Numbered from the stretch's first letter, positions 29,501-39,256 are shown. The stretch is 64,000 bases of DNA from Alphaproteobacteria bacterium (GCA_965232465.1 OZ246977.1:144684-208683); one strand, 5' to 3'. Notes: generated by a model not told the origin, from the letters alone. Made by a program: numbers and translations.

Positions 29501-31186
29501 GGTAACCGTTCTATCACTATCCCCAGACCCATAAGGCACAACAAGATCTGCCATTGTTAGCGTACCAGTGAAAGCACTATCAGTTTTTACATATACAATG
29601 CGGTCGTTAAAGTCTGTTGCACTGTATGTCAATTTTAGGGTAGCTGCACCCGCACCCGCTTTGTCTTCCAGTGTACTGGTATATGTAGCAGCATTGGCAT
29701 TGATAGGTGTCGACCCATTCTTAAATTGGAAATCTGTGCCAGTTGTACCACTACCCACAATTTCTGCGTTGACAGTGGGCGTTACCCCTGAGGGTACAGT
29801 ACCAACAAATGTACTTAAGTTATATGTCGTTGCATTTGTTAAGGTATACGCAGTGGCTTGGCTGGTACCATTCCCGCCCTTAATATCGTTACTCGCTTTA
29901 TCCGAATCCGACAGTATGCTACCAATTGTTGGGTTGGCTTGTGTTTTGATAAACACTTCATAAGGGTTAAAGCCATCTGCTGTATAGGTCAGTTTTAGGG
30001 TAACTTCCCCCGCACCTGCTTTATCTTCCAGTGTACTGGTATATGTTACATTGGTAACATCGATATTTGTCGATCCATTCTTAAATTGAAAATCTGTGCC
30101 ACTGGTACCACTACCCACAATTTCTGCGTTGACAGTGGGCGTTACCCCACTTGGTACATTGCCAATAAAGGCATCGATAGCATATGTTTTGCCACTGGTT
30201 AAAGCATATGCAGAGTTTTGCGTCGTACCATCGCCACTGCGGACTGTTTTATCGCCCGTGCTGTCTTGTATATCAGCGGACTGTACAGTATCACCCACAG
30301 GTTTCGGCGTATCGACCTCAGCCGTTTTAATATCATATTGCCGTTCGACCTTGTCATAGCGTTTGTGCCATACAGCACCTGCACTGGGTACAGGGGCAGA
30401 TTGTAACTGATCTTGTATGCTTTTACCGAATGCCAGTTTAAAATCGACGGATATATCGGTCTGTGCCGATTCGCCATTGGGTTTGTCATATGTGCCCCGC
30501 ACTGTTATCATAGCATTGGGGGTAAATTCGGCAATCAATTTATTGCCCCTAACAACTGTATCCTCAACCCCGTCGAATCTATAGGTCCCCACCCCCACAG
30601 ACACCTGTTCATAATTGGGAATATTGCCCTTAGCGGTTATATCCCAGCCTTGTAATACCTTTTTATCATCGATAATGGTGTTGCCAATACGACGATATAG
30701 GTTTGCCGCCATGTCAAACCGGGCGGTTTTCAGTTCCGCCCCCACACTAAACCGTTGGAAGGTGTCCGATGCTTTAAAAGCAAGTATATTCTTTGTCCCG
30801 TCCTTGCTATCAAAAAACGCATTGACCCCAACAATTAATGGGGTAGCTGTTGTATCAATACGCTTCCGATAGCCCAACCCCAAGTTTAATCGATTCACTG
30901 ATTTTTGACGATTATAAGAAGTTTGCACATATGTAACCGTGTCTTTTGTTTCCCGCAGGTTGCTAAAAGCGGTAATATCCCAATTTAGGGTTTTATCCGT
31001 ATAGCCGACCCCGCCACTTATCCATTCGAAGATACCTGTTCTGTTCATGGTATCCATAAACATATTACCGGTGGCATTGACCACTTTGTCTGTATCATTT
31101 GTAAAGGCTGGTGTTGTATATGCCAGTACAATAACACTAGCTGTTGCCCATAAAGATTTTTTTAGTTTCATGTGTTTCATCCTCAA
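26552..31186 (-). CDS. Inverse autotransporter (type Ve) adhesin 2, about 1,540 aa
   Basis: Signal peptide and an intimin/invasin-like barrel (LNLGLGYR, IVGVNAFFD, QRFSVGAE, RYDKVERQYDI) clearly paralogous to the giant ORF; same repeat modules; distinct C-terminal domain. The start may be 31180 or 31171. Confidence 0.92.
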   Translation of the reverse strand: MRMKHMKLKKSLWATASVIVLAYTTPAFTNDTDKVVNATGNMFMDTMNRTGIFEWISGGVGYTDKTLNWDITAFSNLRETKDTVTYVQTSYNRQKSVNRLNLGLGYRKRIDTTATPLIVGVNAFFDSKDGTKNILAFKASDTFQRFSVGAELKTARFDMAANLYRRIGNTIIDDKKVLQGWDITAKGNIPNYEQVSVGVGTYRFDGVEDTVVRGNKLIAEFTPNAMITVRGTYDKPNGESAQTDISVDFKLAFGKSIQDQLQSAPVPSAGAVWHKRYDKVERQYDIKTAEVDTPKPVGDTVQSADIQDSTGDKTVRSGDGTTQNSAYALTSGKTYAIDAFIGNVPSGVTPTVNAEIVGSGTSGTDFQFKNGSTNIDVTNVTYTSTLEDKAGAGEVTLKLTYTADGFNPYEVFIKTQANPTIGSILSDSDKASNDIKGGNGTSQATAYTLTNATTYNLSTFVGTVPSGVTPTVNAEIVGSGTTGTDFQFKNGSTPINANAATYTSTLEDKAGAGAATLKLTYSATDFNDRIVYVKTDSAFTGTLTMADLVVPYGSGDSDRTVTTSEILGQLSVSGGQTQKSQWTLVSVANTDNNDDLAVGSGGKTLIISDEITTKTTVTAVFSHPAYANKTVTFELSTEPSKISTGGRTGSGKWGKTYTTDYKLRTSVGSVNFVASDYTFSIVASGGNDGSGKTPTTAGIIDGNDYTGAINIRTGAITASKLTKSGSLLIKIVRAAKGTGASRVDAVTEYQNFTVSKQQASDHTGFAVSAGAITWNANSQTVSYTEANKPAGIGNATYALTTTGTTAGPTSGGNAITVASSDGKIAKTSRGGVVKVNITYAANDKYETITRNVDVTVNKQTVAANTLSVAPLVVTFVSGTKKVTATDVLGQLTATGSARSDWSVQSLADTDNHTNVAVTDSGKSLTISGAGITSGTTTITVVFESTKYADVTKTFELSTTQGQITSTTPTGSGKWGKNFAINYNLKGSDLNQTFSTAMGDYTFSIITGGDDGSGLTPTTTGIITGANAINSTTGVINANKLTRGGTLLVKIIRRAKNTAPKLTEYYNFTVAKQVLGTDVTTRPAVAKATGENGAWKDSTVTKIDLNYTLPGGTKATQYTWAVAKKSSDAPDGTLNIVNGDIRGAKSGGTVEITMTATPSNPKYSGSIQTADFTIAKQNLADLTTKPSVTASQADRVWKASGAKLSGMAYNNVPGGSVAAFDWSVVGKTGDTPSGTLSLDTTDKKLKGAESGGTVIITMKAKASDKKYTGQVNLADFTIAKQNLADLTTKPSITASQADRVWKASGAKLSGMAYNNVPGGSVAAFDWSVVGKTGDAPSGTLSLDTTDKKLKGAESSGTVVITMKAKASDKKYTGQVNLADFAIGKQDYPLAFRTSYLTPAAALNGKHLNNAGTARIDLDATNNFGVVTSLTSAQMTLVKNQGLITVNFETDISDVTAIDSTATRAFLNTESTSTAEDVKISNGARFLKGTESELETKLKNDLQDGREITFVQSQGNKKVIKLKIQIGADSGKKYNAFEDIIYLVTP
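27045..27680 (-). repeat. Near-identical 312-bp (104-aa) tandem duplication in adhesin 2
   Basis: KQNLADLTTKPS...KKYTGQVNLADF occurs twice; DNA unit starts at 27045, 27357 and (partial) 27669. Confidence 0.95.
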
Positions 31187-31240
31187 TTTCTTAGAATTAC
31201 AGTTTCATTCGGCACCCGCCCAAATGGGCACCACAGTACA

Positions 31241-31270
31241 ATTATACAGAGATTTTTTTTTTTTTTTCAA
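31241..31270 (-). promoter_or_regulatory. Adhesin 2 promoter with an A15 homopolymer in the -35/spacer
   Basis: Minus strand reads TTG-A15-TCTCTG-TATAAT, i.e. TTGAAA-18 bp-TATAAT. Confidence 0.75.
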
Positions 31271-31333
31271 GTATTAAAAACTATAATTAAATAATACTAT
31301 AAGTTGTACTATATGGGGTAGGGGATCTGTGGA

Positions 31334-32404
31334 TTATTTAAAATAATTAAAATCATCACCATATTCTAATGCTTGTAAGGTGCCTATGAATAAGTCTATG
31401 CAGGCTTGTATATCGCTGGTTTGGATAGTTTCCACCGTCGTATGCATGTATTTTAGGGGTAAAGACATTAAAGCCGATGGGACACCCTTATTGGAATATG
31501 CAAATGAATCAATATCCGTGCCACTGTGACGAGAGGAAGCAGAGCGTTGATAAGGGATTTCCTTTTCTTTTGCAATCGCCAATATCTTATCACGTAATTT
31601 TAGGTGTACAGCGGGGCTTGAGTCGATAATGGGTCCTTTGCCCACGGCAAAATCACCGTGTTTTTTCTTGTCGTACATGGGCGATTGGGTGTCGTGTCCC
31701 ACATCGATAATGATGGCACAATCGGGTCGTATGTTATGTGCCATCATTTGTGCCCCCCGCAACCCAATTTCTTCTTGTACAGAGTTGACAATGTATAAAC
31801 CAAAAGGCAATTCGATATTTTTTTCTTGTAAGGTGCGTGCAACTTCGGCAATCACAAAGCCCCCCACTCGATTATCCAGTGCCCGTGATACAATAAACTT
31901 ATTATTGTTCAAAGTCATAAACCCATCTTGATATACGATAATGGTGCCAATGTCGATACCCATATCAAGAACCTCTTGTTTGTTTTCAGCACCCACATCA
32001 ATATGTATGTTTTCCAGTGTGGGGTGTTTGTCCTTGCCCATGCGTATATGAATGGCGGGCCAGCCGAAAATTCCTTGGACAATGCCTTTTTCACCATGGA
32101 TATTAACCCGCATAGAGGGGGCGATTTGGTGATCTGATCCGCCATTGCGTACTACGAAAATATATCCTTTGTCATCGATGTAATTCACATACCATGAAAT
32201 TTCATCGGCGTGGGCTTCGATAACCACTTTGTAATCGCTGTCTGGGTTAATAACCGCCGCCGCACTGCCATATGCATCCGTAAAAACTTGATCCACAAAA
32301 GGAGAAATATAATCAATCCATACCTTTTGTCCCGCAATTTCCTTTGAAACAGGGGCAGGGGTATTTAGGTATGTTTTTAAAAACTGTAAACTTTCTGAAC
32401 GCAT
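31334..32404 (-). CDS. M42-family metallopeptidase (TET-type aminopeptidase)
   Basis: AHADEI, ALDNR, QEEIGLRGA, IIIDV, GTDID and YMHT metal-binding motifs. Confidence 0.92.
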   Translation of the reverse strand: MRSESLQFLKTYLNTPAPVSKEIAGQKVWIDYISPFVDQVFTDAYGSAAAVINPDSDYKVVIEAHADEISWYVNYIDDKGYIFVVRNGGSDHQIAPSMRVNIHGEKGIVQGIFGWPAIHIRMGKDKHPTLENIHIDVGAENKQEVLDMGIDIGTIIVYQDGFMTLNNNKFIVSRALDNRVGGFVIAEVARTLQEKNIELPFGLYIVNSVQEEIGLRGAQMMAHNIRPDCAIIIDVGHDTQSPMYDKKKHGDFAVGKGPIIDSSPAVHLKLRDKILAIAKEKEIPYQRSASSRHSGTDIDSFAYSNKGVPSALMSLPLKYMHTTVETIQTSDIQACIDLFIGTLQALEYGDDFNYFK

Positions 32405-32476
32405 AATGTGTCTCCTTTAATTATATTATCGTCGCATATAGTATATATTTTGAAACATAAAGTCAAAAAAATTATG

Positions 32477-33328
32477 TTACATATTTTGTTTATCTTTTCG
32501 TTCAATTAATAATGTTAAGCCATAACACATGATAAAGTATATAATACCGACTGCGATCCACACTTCAAAAATACGTTGGGTGGCAACGACAATTTCCGCC
32601 GCTGAAAACATTAAATCTTGTATGGATATTATCGATACAATCGAAGTATTTTTTAAAACTATAATCGTCTGTCCCGTTAATGCAGGGTAGCATTTTTTGA
32701 ATGCCTGTGGCAAAATAATCAATTGCATGGTTTTTATCTTGGACAATCTTAATGCCCTTGCCCCTTCTGATTGTCCCGCTGGAATGGATTGAATTGCCCC
32801 CCGGATAATTTCCGCAAAGAATACCGATTCAAACAATCCTAAACACACAAACCCCGCTACTACATTTGCCGCAACAACCGGTTCGCCAAATAAAATGTAT
32901 GGAATACCCGTGTCGGTGAATATATTGCGTGTAATACCTATTAAGGGAAATATTTGTTCTGAAACAAAAAAATAAAACACAAATAAAAATACCAATACGG
33001 GGACATTACGGACAAAGTTTATATACAACATTGCCAATGTGGACAAAACACGATTCTTCGACAAACGGGCAAAAGCAAGGGCTAACGACAGTGGCAATGC
33101 CAAAATTGCCGTATACACAAACAACCGTAAAGTATTTAATATTCCTTTCGCCAATATATTCATATGCCAATTGCCATTTTCATCCTGAAATATAAAATAA
33201 TCCGGTAAAATATGCCATTTCCAATTGTATGGAATATCCGCAGCCTGTCCCACATATACAGCACCGACGATAAAGGCACATATGGATAAAGCAATATAAT
33301 CTGATACTTTGAATTTATACTTTAACAT
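32477..33328 (-). CDS. Polar amino acid ABC transporter permease
   Basis: FVRNVPVLV, AEIIRGAIQSIPAGQSEGARAL, IILPQAF, LKNTSI. Confidence 0.93.
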   Translation of the reverse strand: MLKYKFKVSDYIALSICAFIVGAVYVGQAADIPYNWKWHILPDYFIFQDENGNWHMNILAKGILNTLRLFVYTAILALPLSLALAFARLSKNRVLSTLAMLYINFVRNVPVLVFLFVFYFFVSEQIFPLIGITRNIFTDTGIPYILFGEPVVAANVVAGFVCLGLFESVFFAEIIRGAIQSIPAGQSEGARALRLSKIKTMQLIILPQAFKKCYPALTGQTIIVLKNTSIVSIISIQDLMFSAAEIVVATQRIFEVWIAVGIIYFIMCYGLTLLIERKDKQNM

Positions 33329-33333
33329 CTGTA

Positions 33334-34149
33334 TTATACCTCAGTCCATTTAATGGATTTTTCAATATATCTGGATATGGTGGCAAAAATCGCCGCTAAC
33401 ATCCAATATAAACAGGCTATTAAAATCCAAATTTCTAATGTTACATATGTATCAGATATGGCATCACGGGCGGTGGTTGTTAATTCGTATATGGCAATTA
33501 CGGACACAATCGACGAATGTTTTAACAGGTTAATGGCAACATTGGTCAGTGGGGCAATCATCAACCGCAGGGCTTGTGGAAAAATAATGTACACCACAAT
33601 ATGCCCCGCAGATAAATTTAATGCCCGTCCAGCCTCCCATTGTCGACGGGGGACAGATCGAATTGCACCCCGTATAATTTCCCCAACAAAAGATGCCTCA
33701 TATAGGCTGAGAGCTAATATACCCGTTACCAAACGATTTAAGTCAAATATGGGGGCAATCAAAAAATAAAAGATATATATTTGTGCCAAAATTGGGGTAT
33801 TGCGAAATACAATTGTATATGCTTTGGAAATACTGTTGGCAATTTTCCCTTGTGCCATACGACCCGCCGCCAACACAATACCAAACAGCAACGATAATAA
33901 CATAGCAATCGCCACAATATATATGGTATCAATCAATCCATATATAAAATCGCCCATATATACACGGCCATCCTCAATGATAATAATATATTTCCATACC
34001 CGATACCATTGCCATCGATAGCCGGCTTGTTCAACGCCAAAATATAACAGATATATCGCACCGACCCCGATACACAAAGTTATCAGTTTCTGTTTTATCT
34101 GATGCAAGCGGGATTTTCGATTTATGGATATGTGTGTGTTTTCCAACAT
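33334..34149 (-). CDS. Polar amino acid ABC transporter permease
   Basis: FRNTPILAQ, EIIRGAIRSVPRRQWEAGRAL, IFPQAL, LKHSSI. Confidence 0.93.
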   Translation of the reverse strand: MLENTHISINRKSRLHQIKQKLITLCIGVGAIYLLYFGVEQAGYRWQWYRVWKYIIIIEDGRVYMGDFIYGLIDTIYIVAIAMLLSLLFGIVLAAGRMAQGKIANSISKAYTIVFRNTPILAQIYIFYFLIAPIFDLNRLVTGILALSLYEASFVGEIIRGAIRSVPRRQWEAGRALNLSAGHIVVYIIFPQALRLMIAPLTNVAINLLKHSSIVSVIAIYELTTTARDAISDTYVTLEIWILIACLYWMLAAIFATISRYIEKSIKWTEV

Positions 34150-34278
34150 GAAATCAGTAGGCTCTTGAGTATTTTGACTTATTTATTTTTCCATAAACTA
34201 TATAATACCATATATAAATCGTTTTGTCTATTATGAAACCGCCCCCCATATTCTTGCAAGTGAAAAATGAATGTATCA

Positions 34279-35049
34279 TCAGTCTGGGGTTATGATTTTT
34301 ATATGGGTTTGTTGCAGGATGTCCGTCCATTCGTTAGGGGGGGGGTGGTCTAATACTATGGTATCAATGGTATTTAAGGATGCTATTTTTACCATTGCAC
34401 GCCGTCCGAATTTTGATATGTCTGTTGCCAGTATGGTATGTGTGGCGGTTTTTATCACTTGGCGGGCGATGGCGATTTCTTGGGCGTCATAATCGAGAAA
34501 ATAGCCGTCTGCATCGATACCACTGGTGCCAATCACCGCATAATCCAACACAAATTGATTCAGATACTCTTGTACCGTATATCCCAAAATAGCCGAATCT
34601 TCCCGTACTTCACCAGGGGTAATAAACACACTTGCGTCCTTATACTGACAACACATATGGGCAATATTGATATTGTTGGTAATAATTTTAATGCCTTGGT
34701 GATTGTGTAAGTTCCTGCCCACTGCTTCGGTAGTGGTACCTATGTTCAAAAACACAGATGCATAGTTGGGAATGATTTTGGCAACCAATGCCCCTATTGT
34801 CTGTTTGCCTTGTTTGTTATAAATGCTGCGATGGGCGTACGAAGCGTTTGTGGTATTACCGAGCAAAGTAACCCCCCCATGCAAGCGTTTCACCATGCCT
34901 TGTGCGTGGAGCTGTTTTATATCCGTGCGGATGGTTTGCGGCGTTACCTGTAACATATCCGCCAATTCACTGATCTTAGAAAAATTTTCATTTTCCAAAA
35001 TCTGTAATATTGTGCGTTGTCGCATATCTAAGCCGTTATTTTTACCCAT
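34279..35049 (-). CDS. glpR: DeoR/GlpR-family repressor
   Basis: VTPQTIRTDI HTH, RLHGG, FLNIGTTTE, ITNN; divergent from the glycerol operon; start uncertain. Confidence 0.88.
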   Translation of the reverse strand: MGKNNGLDMRQRTILQILENENFSKISELADMLQVTPQTIRTDIKQLHAQGMVKRLHGGVTLLGNTTNASYAHRSIYNKQGKQTIGALVAKIIPNYASVFLNIGTTTEAVGRNLHNHQGIKIITNNINIAHMCCQYKDASVFITPGEVREDSAILGYTVQEYLNQFVLDYAVIGTSGIDADGYFLDYDAQEIAIARQVIKTATHTILATDISKFGRRAMVKIASLNTIDTIVLDHPPPNEWTDILQQTHIKIITPD

Positions 35050-35293
35050 TTTTAGCTCCCATTTTATCAATATTTCATAATGTTACCCCATTATGTATCA
35101 GGTGCCATCGTACCCTATACATAATACAAAAGTAAAGTATACAATTTTCATTTACAATAAAAAATTTTAAAAAAACAAAAAAATAGGTTGACATTTATAA
35201 TTTTTTTTGTATTGTTAGACTCAGAGTATATAAGATTATGGAGTATGTAAGATACATGAAAAAAATGGTAAAGGAAAAATAGAAAGTGACACC

Positions 35294-36424
35294 ATGTCTG
35301 TGCGTTTAGAGAGTGTTGGTTTAACTGTTAATGGGGTTGATTATATTTATGACGCCAACATTATATTTCGTCAAGGGTCGATGAACACTTTGTTGGGGGC
35401 AACCTTGTCGGGCAAAACATCGCTGATGCGGTTGATGGCGGGATTGGATAAACCCACCAAAGGTCGCATATATGAATGGGATGTGGATGTGACCAACATA
35501 CCGGTACAACAGCGCAATGTTGCCATGGTGTATCAGTCGTTTATTAATTATCCGGCGATGACGGTGTATGAAAATATTGCTTCGCCATTGCGGTTGTTAA
35601 ATCTGGATTCTTCCACTATGGACAGCCGTATTAAACAGATTGCCGATTTGGTACACTTAACCCCATATTTACAGCGTATGCCATTGGAATTATCCGGTGG
35701 GCAACAACAACGCTGTGCTTTGGCACGGGCATTGGTCAAACAATCGGGGTTGGTATTACTCGATGAGCCTTTGGCAAACCTAGACTATAAATTGCGCGAA
35801 GAATTACGCAGTGAAATGCACAATATTTTTGCAAATTCAAAGGCGATTTTCATTTATGCCACCACCGAACCCGAAGAAGCGTTATTATTGGGCGGCAATA
35901 CCGCAACTTTATATCAAGGCAATATAACCCAATTTGACACCACTCGTAATGTATACCATTACCCCCAGTGCAAAATTACCGCCAGTGTGTTTTCCAATCC
36001 GCCAATGAATATGGCACAGCTGCATAAACAAGGGGACACTATTACCATATCGGGTGTTGCCTTATCGCCGATAAATGCCAGAAAATTTCAGTATCTGGAC
36101 GACGGTACATATGAATTGGGATTTCGGGGCAATCATTTGTATAACAACCGTCAGCATGTGGACAATGTGGCATTTGAGACCACATTAAGTGTGTGTGAAA
36201 TCACCGGATCGGCAACCTTTTTACATGTGTCGCACCAGCATATCCATCACAATACCGACCATAACACCGACCATAACACTTCTTGGGTGGTGTTACTAGA
36301 CGGTATTCACCACCTGCCCCTTGGGGCAAAGGTGTGGGTGTATTTGGACTTAAAATACGCATATGTGTTTGCCCAAAATGGCAATTTGGTACAATCTGCG
36401 GACTATATGCAAAAACAAGCGTAA
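35294..36424 (+). CDS. glpS: Glycerol ABC transporter ATP-binding protein
   Basis: GATLSGKT, LSGGQQQR, LLDEPLANLDYKLRE, YATTEP; first gene of a glpSTPQUV-type operon. Confidence 0.85.
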   Translation: MSVRLESVGLTVNGVDYIYDANIIFRQGSMNTLLGATLSGKTSLMRLMAGLDKPTKGRIYEWDVDVTNIPVQQRNVAMVYQSFINYPAMTVYENIASPLRLLNLDSSTMDSRIKQIADLVHLTPYLQRMPLELSGGQQQRCALARALVKQSGLVLLDEPLANLDYKLREELRSEMHNIFANSKAIFIYATTEPEEALLLGGNTATLYQGNITQFDTTRNVYHYPQCKITASVFSNPPMNMAQLHKQGDTITISGVALSPINARKFQYLDDGTYELGFRGNHLYNNRQHVDNVAFETTLSVCEITGSATFLHVSHQHIHHNTDHNTDHNTSWVVLLDGIHHLPLGAKVWVYLDLKYAYVFAQNGNLVQSADYMQKQA

Positions 36425-36494
36425 TCGATAAGGATAAAAACAAGAGTAGGAAATATGTGTACAGATATAAAAATATATAACAGAAAGAAGCAAT

Positions 36495-37583
36495 ATGGCG
36501 GAAATTCATTTGGATAATTTAGCCCATTGTTATCATGACAATCCCCAAGATACGGACGATTTTGCCTTAAAACCAATTGACCACATATGGGAAAACGGCA
36601 AGGCATACGCCCTGTTGGGACCATCAGGGTGCGGAAAAACCACTTTACTGAATATTATTTCTGGTCTGTTACAACCCTCCCATGGCAATATTTTATTTGA
36701 CGGGGTTAATGTTACCCACACCTCAACCAAAGACCGTAACATTGCCCAAGTTTTTCAATTTCCCGTGGTTTATGATACCATGTCGATTTATGACAACTTG
36801 GCATTTCCCATTCGTAATCGGGGCTTGGATAAAACCTATATCGATAAGCGGGTACAAGACATTGCCCAAATGATTGGTGTTGCCGATAAGTTACATATGA
36901 AAGCGAAAAGATTAGGGGCGGATTTTAAACAAAAAATTAGTCTGGGCAGGGGTATGGTACGCGAAGATGTTAATGCCATATTGTTTGACGAACCATTAAC
37001 TGTCATTGACCCACATATGAAATGGACATTGCGCACCCAGCTAAAAAAACTGCACAGTCAATTTCAACATACAATGATTTATGTAACCCATGACCAAACC
37101 GAAGCGTTGACCTTTGCCGATAAGGTGGTGGTGATGGATGCGGGGGAAGTGTTACAAATTGGCACTCCAGAAGACCTGTTTGAACGCCCCGCCCATACTT
37201 TTGTCGGCTATTTTATCGGATCACCGGGCATGAATTTTTTTACCGCATCGGTCGACACCAACACTGCAACTTTGCGGGGACATAAAATGTTGTTAAATAC
37301 CCGCTATAAAACTATGGATATGGTTAAGATTGGGGTACGGCCTGAACATATCACCTTGTCCACCGATACAGATGGCAATACAGATGGATTACCCATCAGT
37401 ATTACCCGCATAGAAGATTTGGGGCATTATCAGCTGGTGCGGGCGATGTATGGCAATACCCCAGTAAGTATCACAGTACCATACCATATACCTATGCAAG
37501 ACAGACAATATTATATGCACTTTGACCCACAGTATACGCACATATATAACAATGACCGTTTGGTAAAGGAGAATACAACATGA
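36495..37583 (+). CDS. glpT: Glycerol ABC transporter ATP-binding protein
   Basis: GPSGCGKT, VFQFPVVY, FDEPLTVIDPH, YVTHDQTEA. The name follows the rhizobial ABC GlpT, not the E. coli MFS GlpT. Confidence 0.82.
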   Translation: MAEIHLDNLAHCYHDNPQDTDDFALKPIDHIWENGKAYALLGPSGCGKTTLLNIISGLLQPSHGNILFDGVNVTHTSTKDRNIAQVFQFPVVYDTMSIYDNLAFPIRNRGLDKTYIDKRVQDIAQMIGVADKLHMKAKRLGADFKQKISLGRGMVREDVNAILFDEPLTVIDPHMKWTLRTQLKKLHSQFQHTMIYVTHDQTEALTFADKVVVMDAGEVLQIGTPEDLFERPAHTFVGYFIGSPGMNFFTASVDTNTATLRGHKMLLNTRYKTMDMVKIGVRPEHITLSTDTDGNTDGLPISITRIEDLGHYQLVRAMYGNTPVSITVPYHIPMQDRQYYMHFDPQYTHIYNNDRLVKENTT

Positions 37584-38437
37584 AAACAGTACATCAAAAA
37601 GCGTGGTTTTTGGTGCTGCCTGTATTAGTATTGGTGGCGTTTTCCGCCGTTATTCCCTTAATGACGGTGGTAAATTATTCTGTACAAGATACCTTTGGCA
37701 ACAATCAATTCTTTTGGATTGGGTTGGATTGGTTCCGTGAAGTGCTGGAATCCGAACGCTTACAAACGGCATTAGGACGACAGCTGTTGTTTACCAGTAT
37801 TATTTTATTGATTGAAATTCCATTAGGTGTTTTTATTGCCCTGCATATTCCCAAACGGGGCAAATGGATGTCGTTTTCGTTGGTGTTAATGGCGTTACCA
37901 TTACTGATTCCCTTTAATGTGGTTGGTACCATATGGCAAATTTTTGGCAGAGTCGACATTGGTTTATTGGGGCATGGGTTGTTATTATTGGGAATTGAAT
38001 TTAACTATACCAATAACCCTTTGCACGCATGGATTACGGTTATTTTGGTCGATGTGTGGCATTGGACCAGTCTGGTTGTGTTGTTGTGTTATGCCGGGCT
38101 GCAATCCATTCCATCGGCATATTATCAGGCGGCGGAAATTGACCAAGCGTCCCGTTACAGTGTATTTCGCTATATCGAATTGCCAAAAATGACAGGGGTG
38201 TTATCGATTGCTATTTTACTGCGTTTTATGGACAGTTTTATGATTTATACGGAACCGTTTGTGGTTACTGGTGGCGGACCGGGCAATTCCACCACATTCC
38301 TGTCCATTGATTTGGTAAAAATGGCAATCGGACAATTTGATTTGGGACCTGCGGCGGCATTTTCCATCATTTATTTTTTGGTGATTTTGTCCGTGTGTTG
38401 GGTGTTCCATACGGTTATCACCCACATGGATACATAG
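37580..38437 (+). CDS. glpP: Glycerol ABC transporter permease
   Basis: CUT1 permease with DVWHWT, YYQAAEID and LRFMDSF. Confidence 0.82.
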   Translation: MKTVHQKAWFLVLPVLVLVAFSAVIPLMTVVNYSVQDTFGNNQFFWIGLDWFREVLESERLQTALGRQLLFTSIILLIEIPLGVFIALHIPKRGKWMSFSLVLMALPLLIPFNVVGTIWQIFGRVDIGLLGHGLLLLGIEFNYTNNPLHAWITVILVDVWHWTSLVVLLCYAGLQSIPSAYYQAAEIDQASRYSVFRYIELPKMTGVLSIAILLRFMDSFMIYTEPFVVTGGGPGNSTTFLSIDLVKMAIGQFDLGPAAAFSIIYFLVILSVCWVFHTVITHMDT

Positions 38438-38446
38438 GGGGACATT

Positions 38447-39256
38447 ATGAAAAAAAGCCAAACAAGACTAGGGTGGATAGCAGGTATTTATATTTTACTG
38501 TTGATGTTGCCAATTTATTGGTTGATAAACATGAGTTTGAAATCAAACGATGAAATATTGAATGTATTTTCATTGTGGCCACAAAATCTTACCTTTGATA
38601 ATTACAAGGTGATATTTACCGATTCCAGCTGGTATATGGGATATGTAAATTCCATTATTTATGTGGTTATGAATACCGTATTGTCCTTGGTTGTGTCATT
38701 GCCGGCGGCGTATGCGTTCAGCCGTTATTACTTTATTGGTGATAAACATTTGTTCTTTTGGCTGTTGACCAACCGCATGGCACCGCCCGCTGTGTTCGTA
38801 TTGCCATTTTTTCAGCTGTATTCCAGTGTGGGATTGTTTGATACACATATCGCCATTGCCCTTGCCCATACCTTGTTTAATGTGCCATTGGCGGTGTGGA
38901 TACTGGAAGGCTTTATGCGTGGGGTACCACGGGAAATAGACGAAACCGCCTATATTGATGGATACGGTTTCTTTACATTTTTCCGTAAAATTTTTATGCC
39001 GATGATTGCCCCCGGTATTGGTGTAGCGGCGTTTTTCTGCTTTATGTTTTCATGGGTGGAATTGTTGCTCAGCCGAACATTGGCAACAGTACATGCAAAA
39101 TCTATTGCCGCTACCATGACCCGTACCGTGTCCGCATCCGGCTTAGATTGGGGGGTATTGGCGGCGGCTGGGGTGTTGACCATTGTGCCGGGGGCATTGG
39201 TAATTTATTTTGTCAGAAATTATATTGCCAAAGGTTTTGCCTTAGGCAGGGTATAA
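38447..39256 (+). CDS. glpQ: Glycerol ABC transporter permease
   Basis: CUT1 permease with EIDETAYIDG and C-terminal YIAKGFALGRV. Confidence 0.82.
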   Translation: MKKSQTRLGWIAGIYILLLMLPIYWLINMSLKSNDEILNVFSLWPQNLTFDNYKVIFTDSSWYMGYVNSIIYVVMNTVLSLVVSLPAAYAFSRYYFIGDKHLFFWLLTNRMAPPAVFVLPFFQLYSSVGLFDTHIAIALAHTLFNVPLAVWILEGFMRGVPREIDETAYIDGYGFFTFFRKIFMPMIAPGIGVAAFFCFMFSWVELLLSRTLATVHAKSIAATMTRTVSASGLDWGVLAAAGVLTIVPGALVIYFVRNYIAKGFALGRV

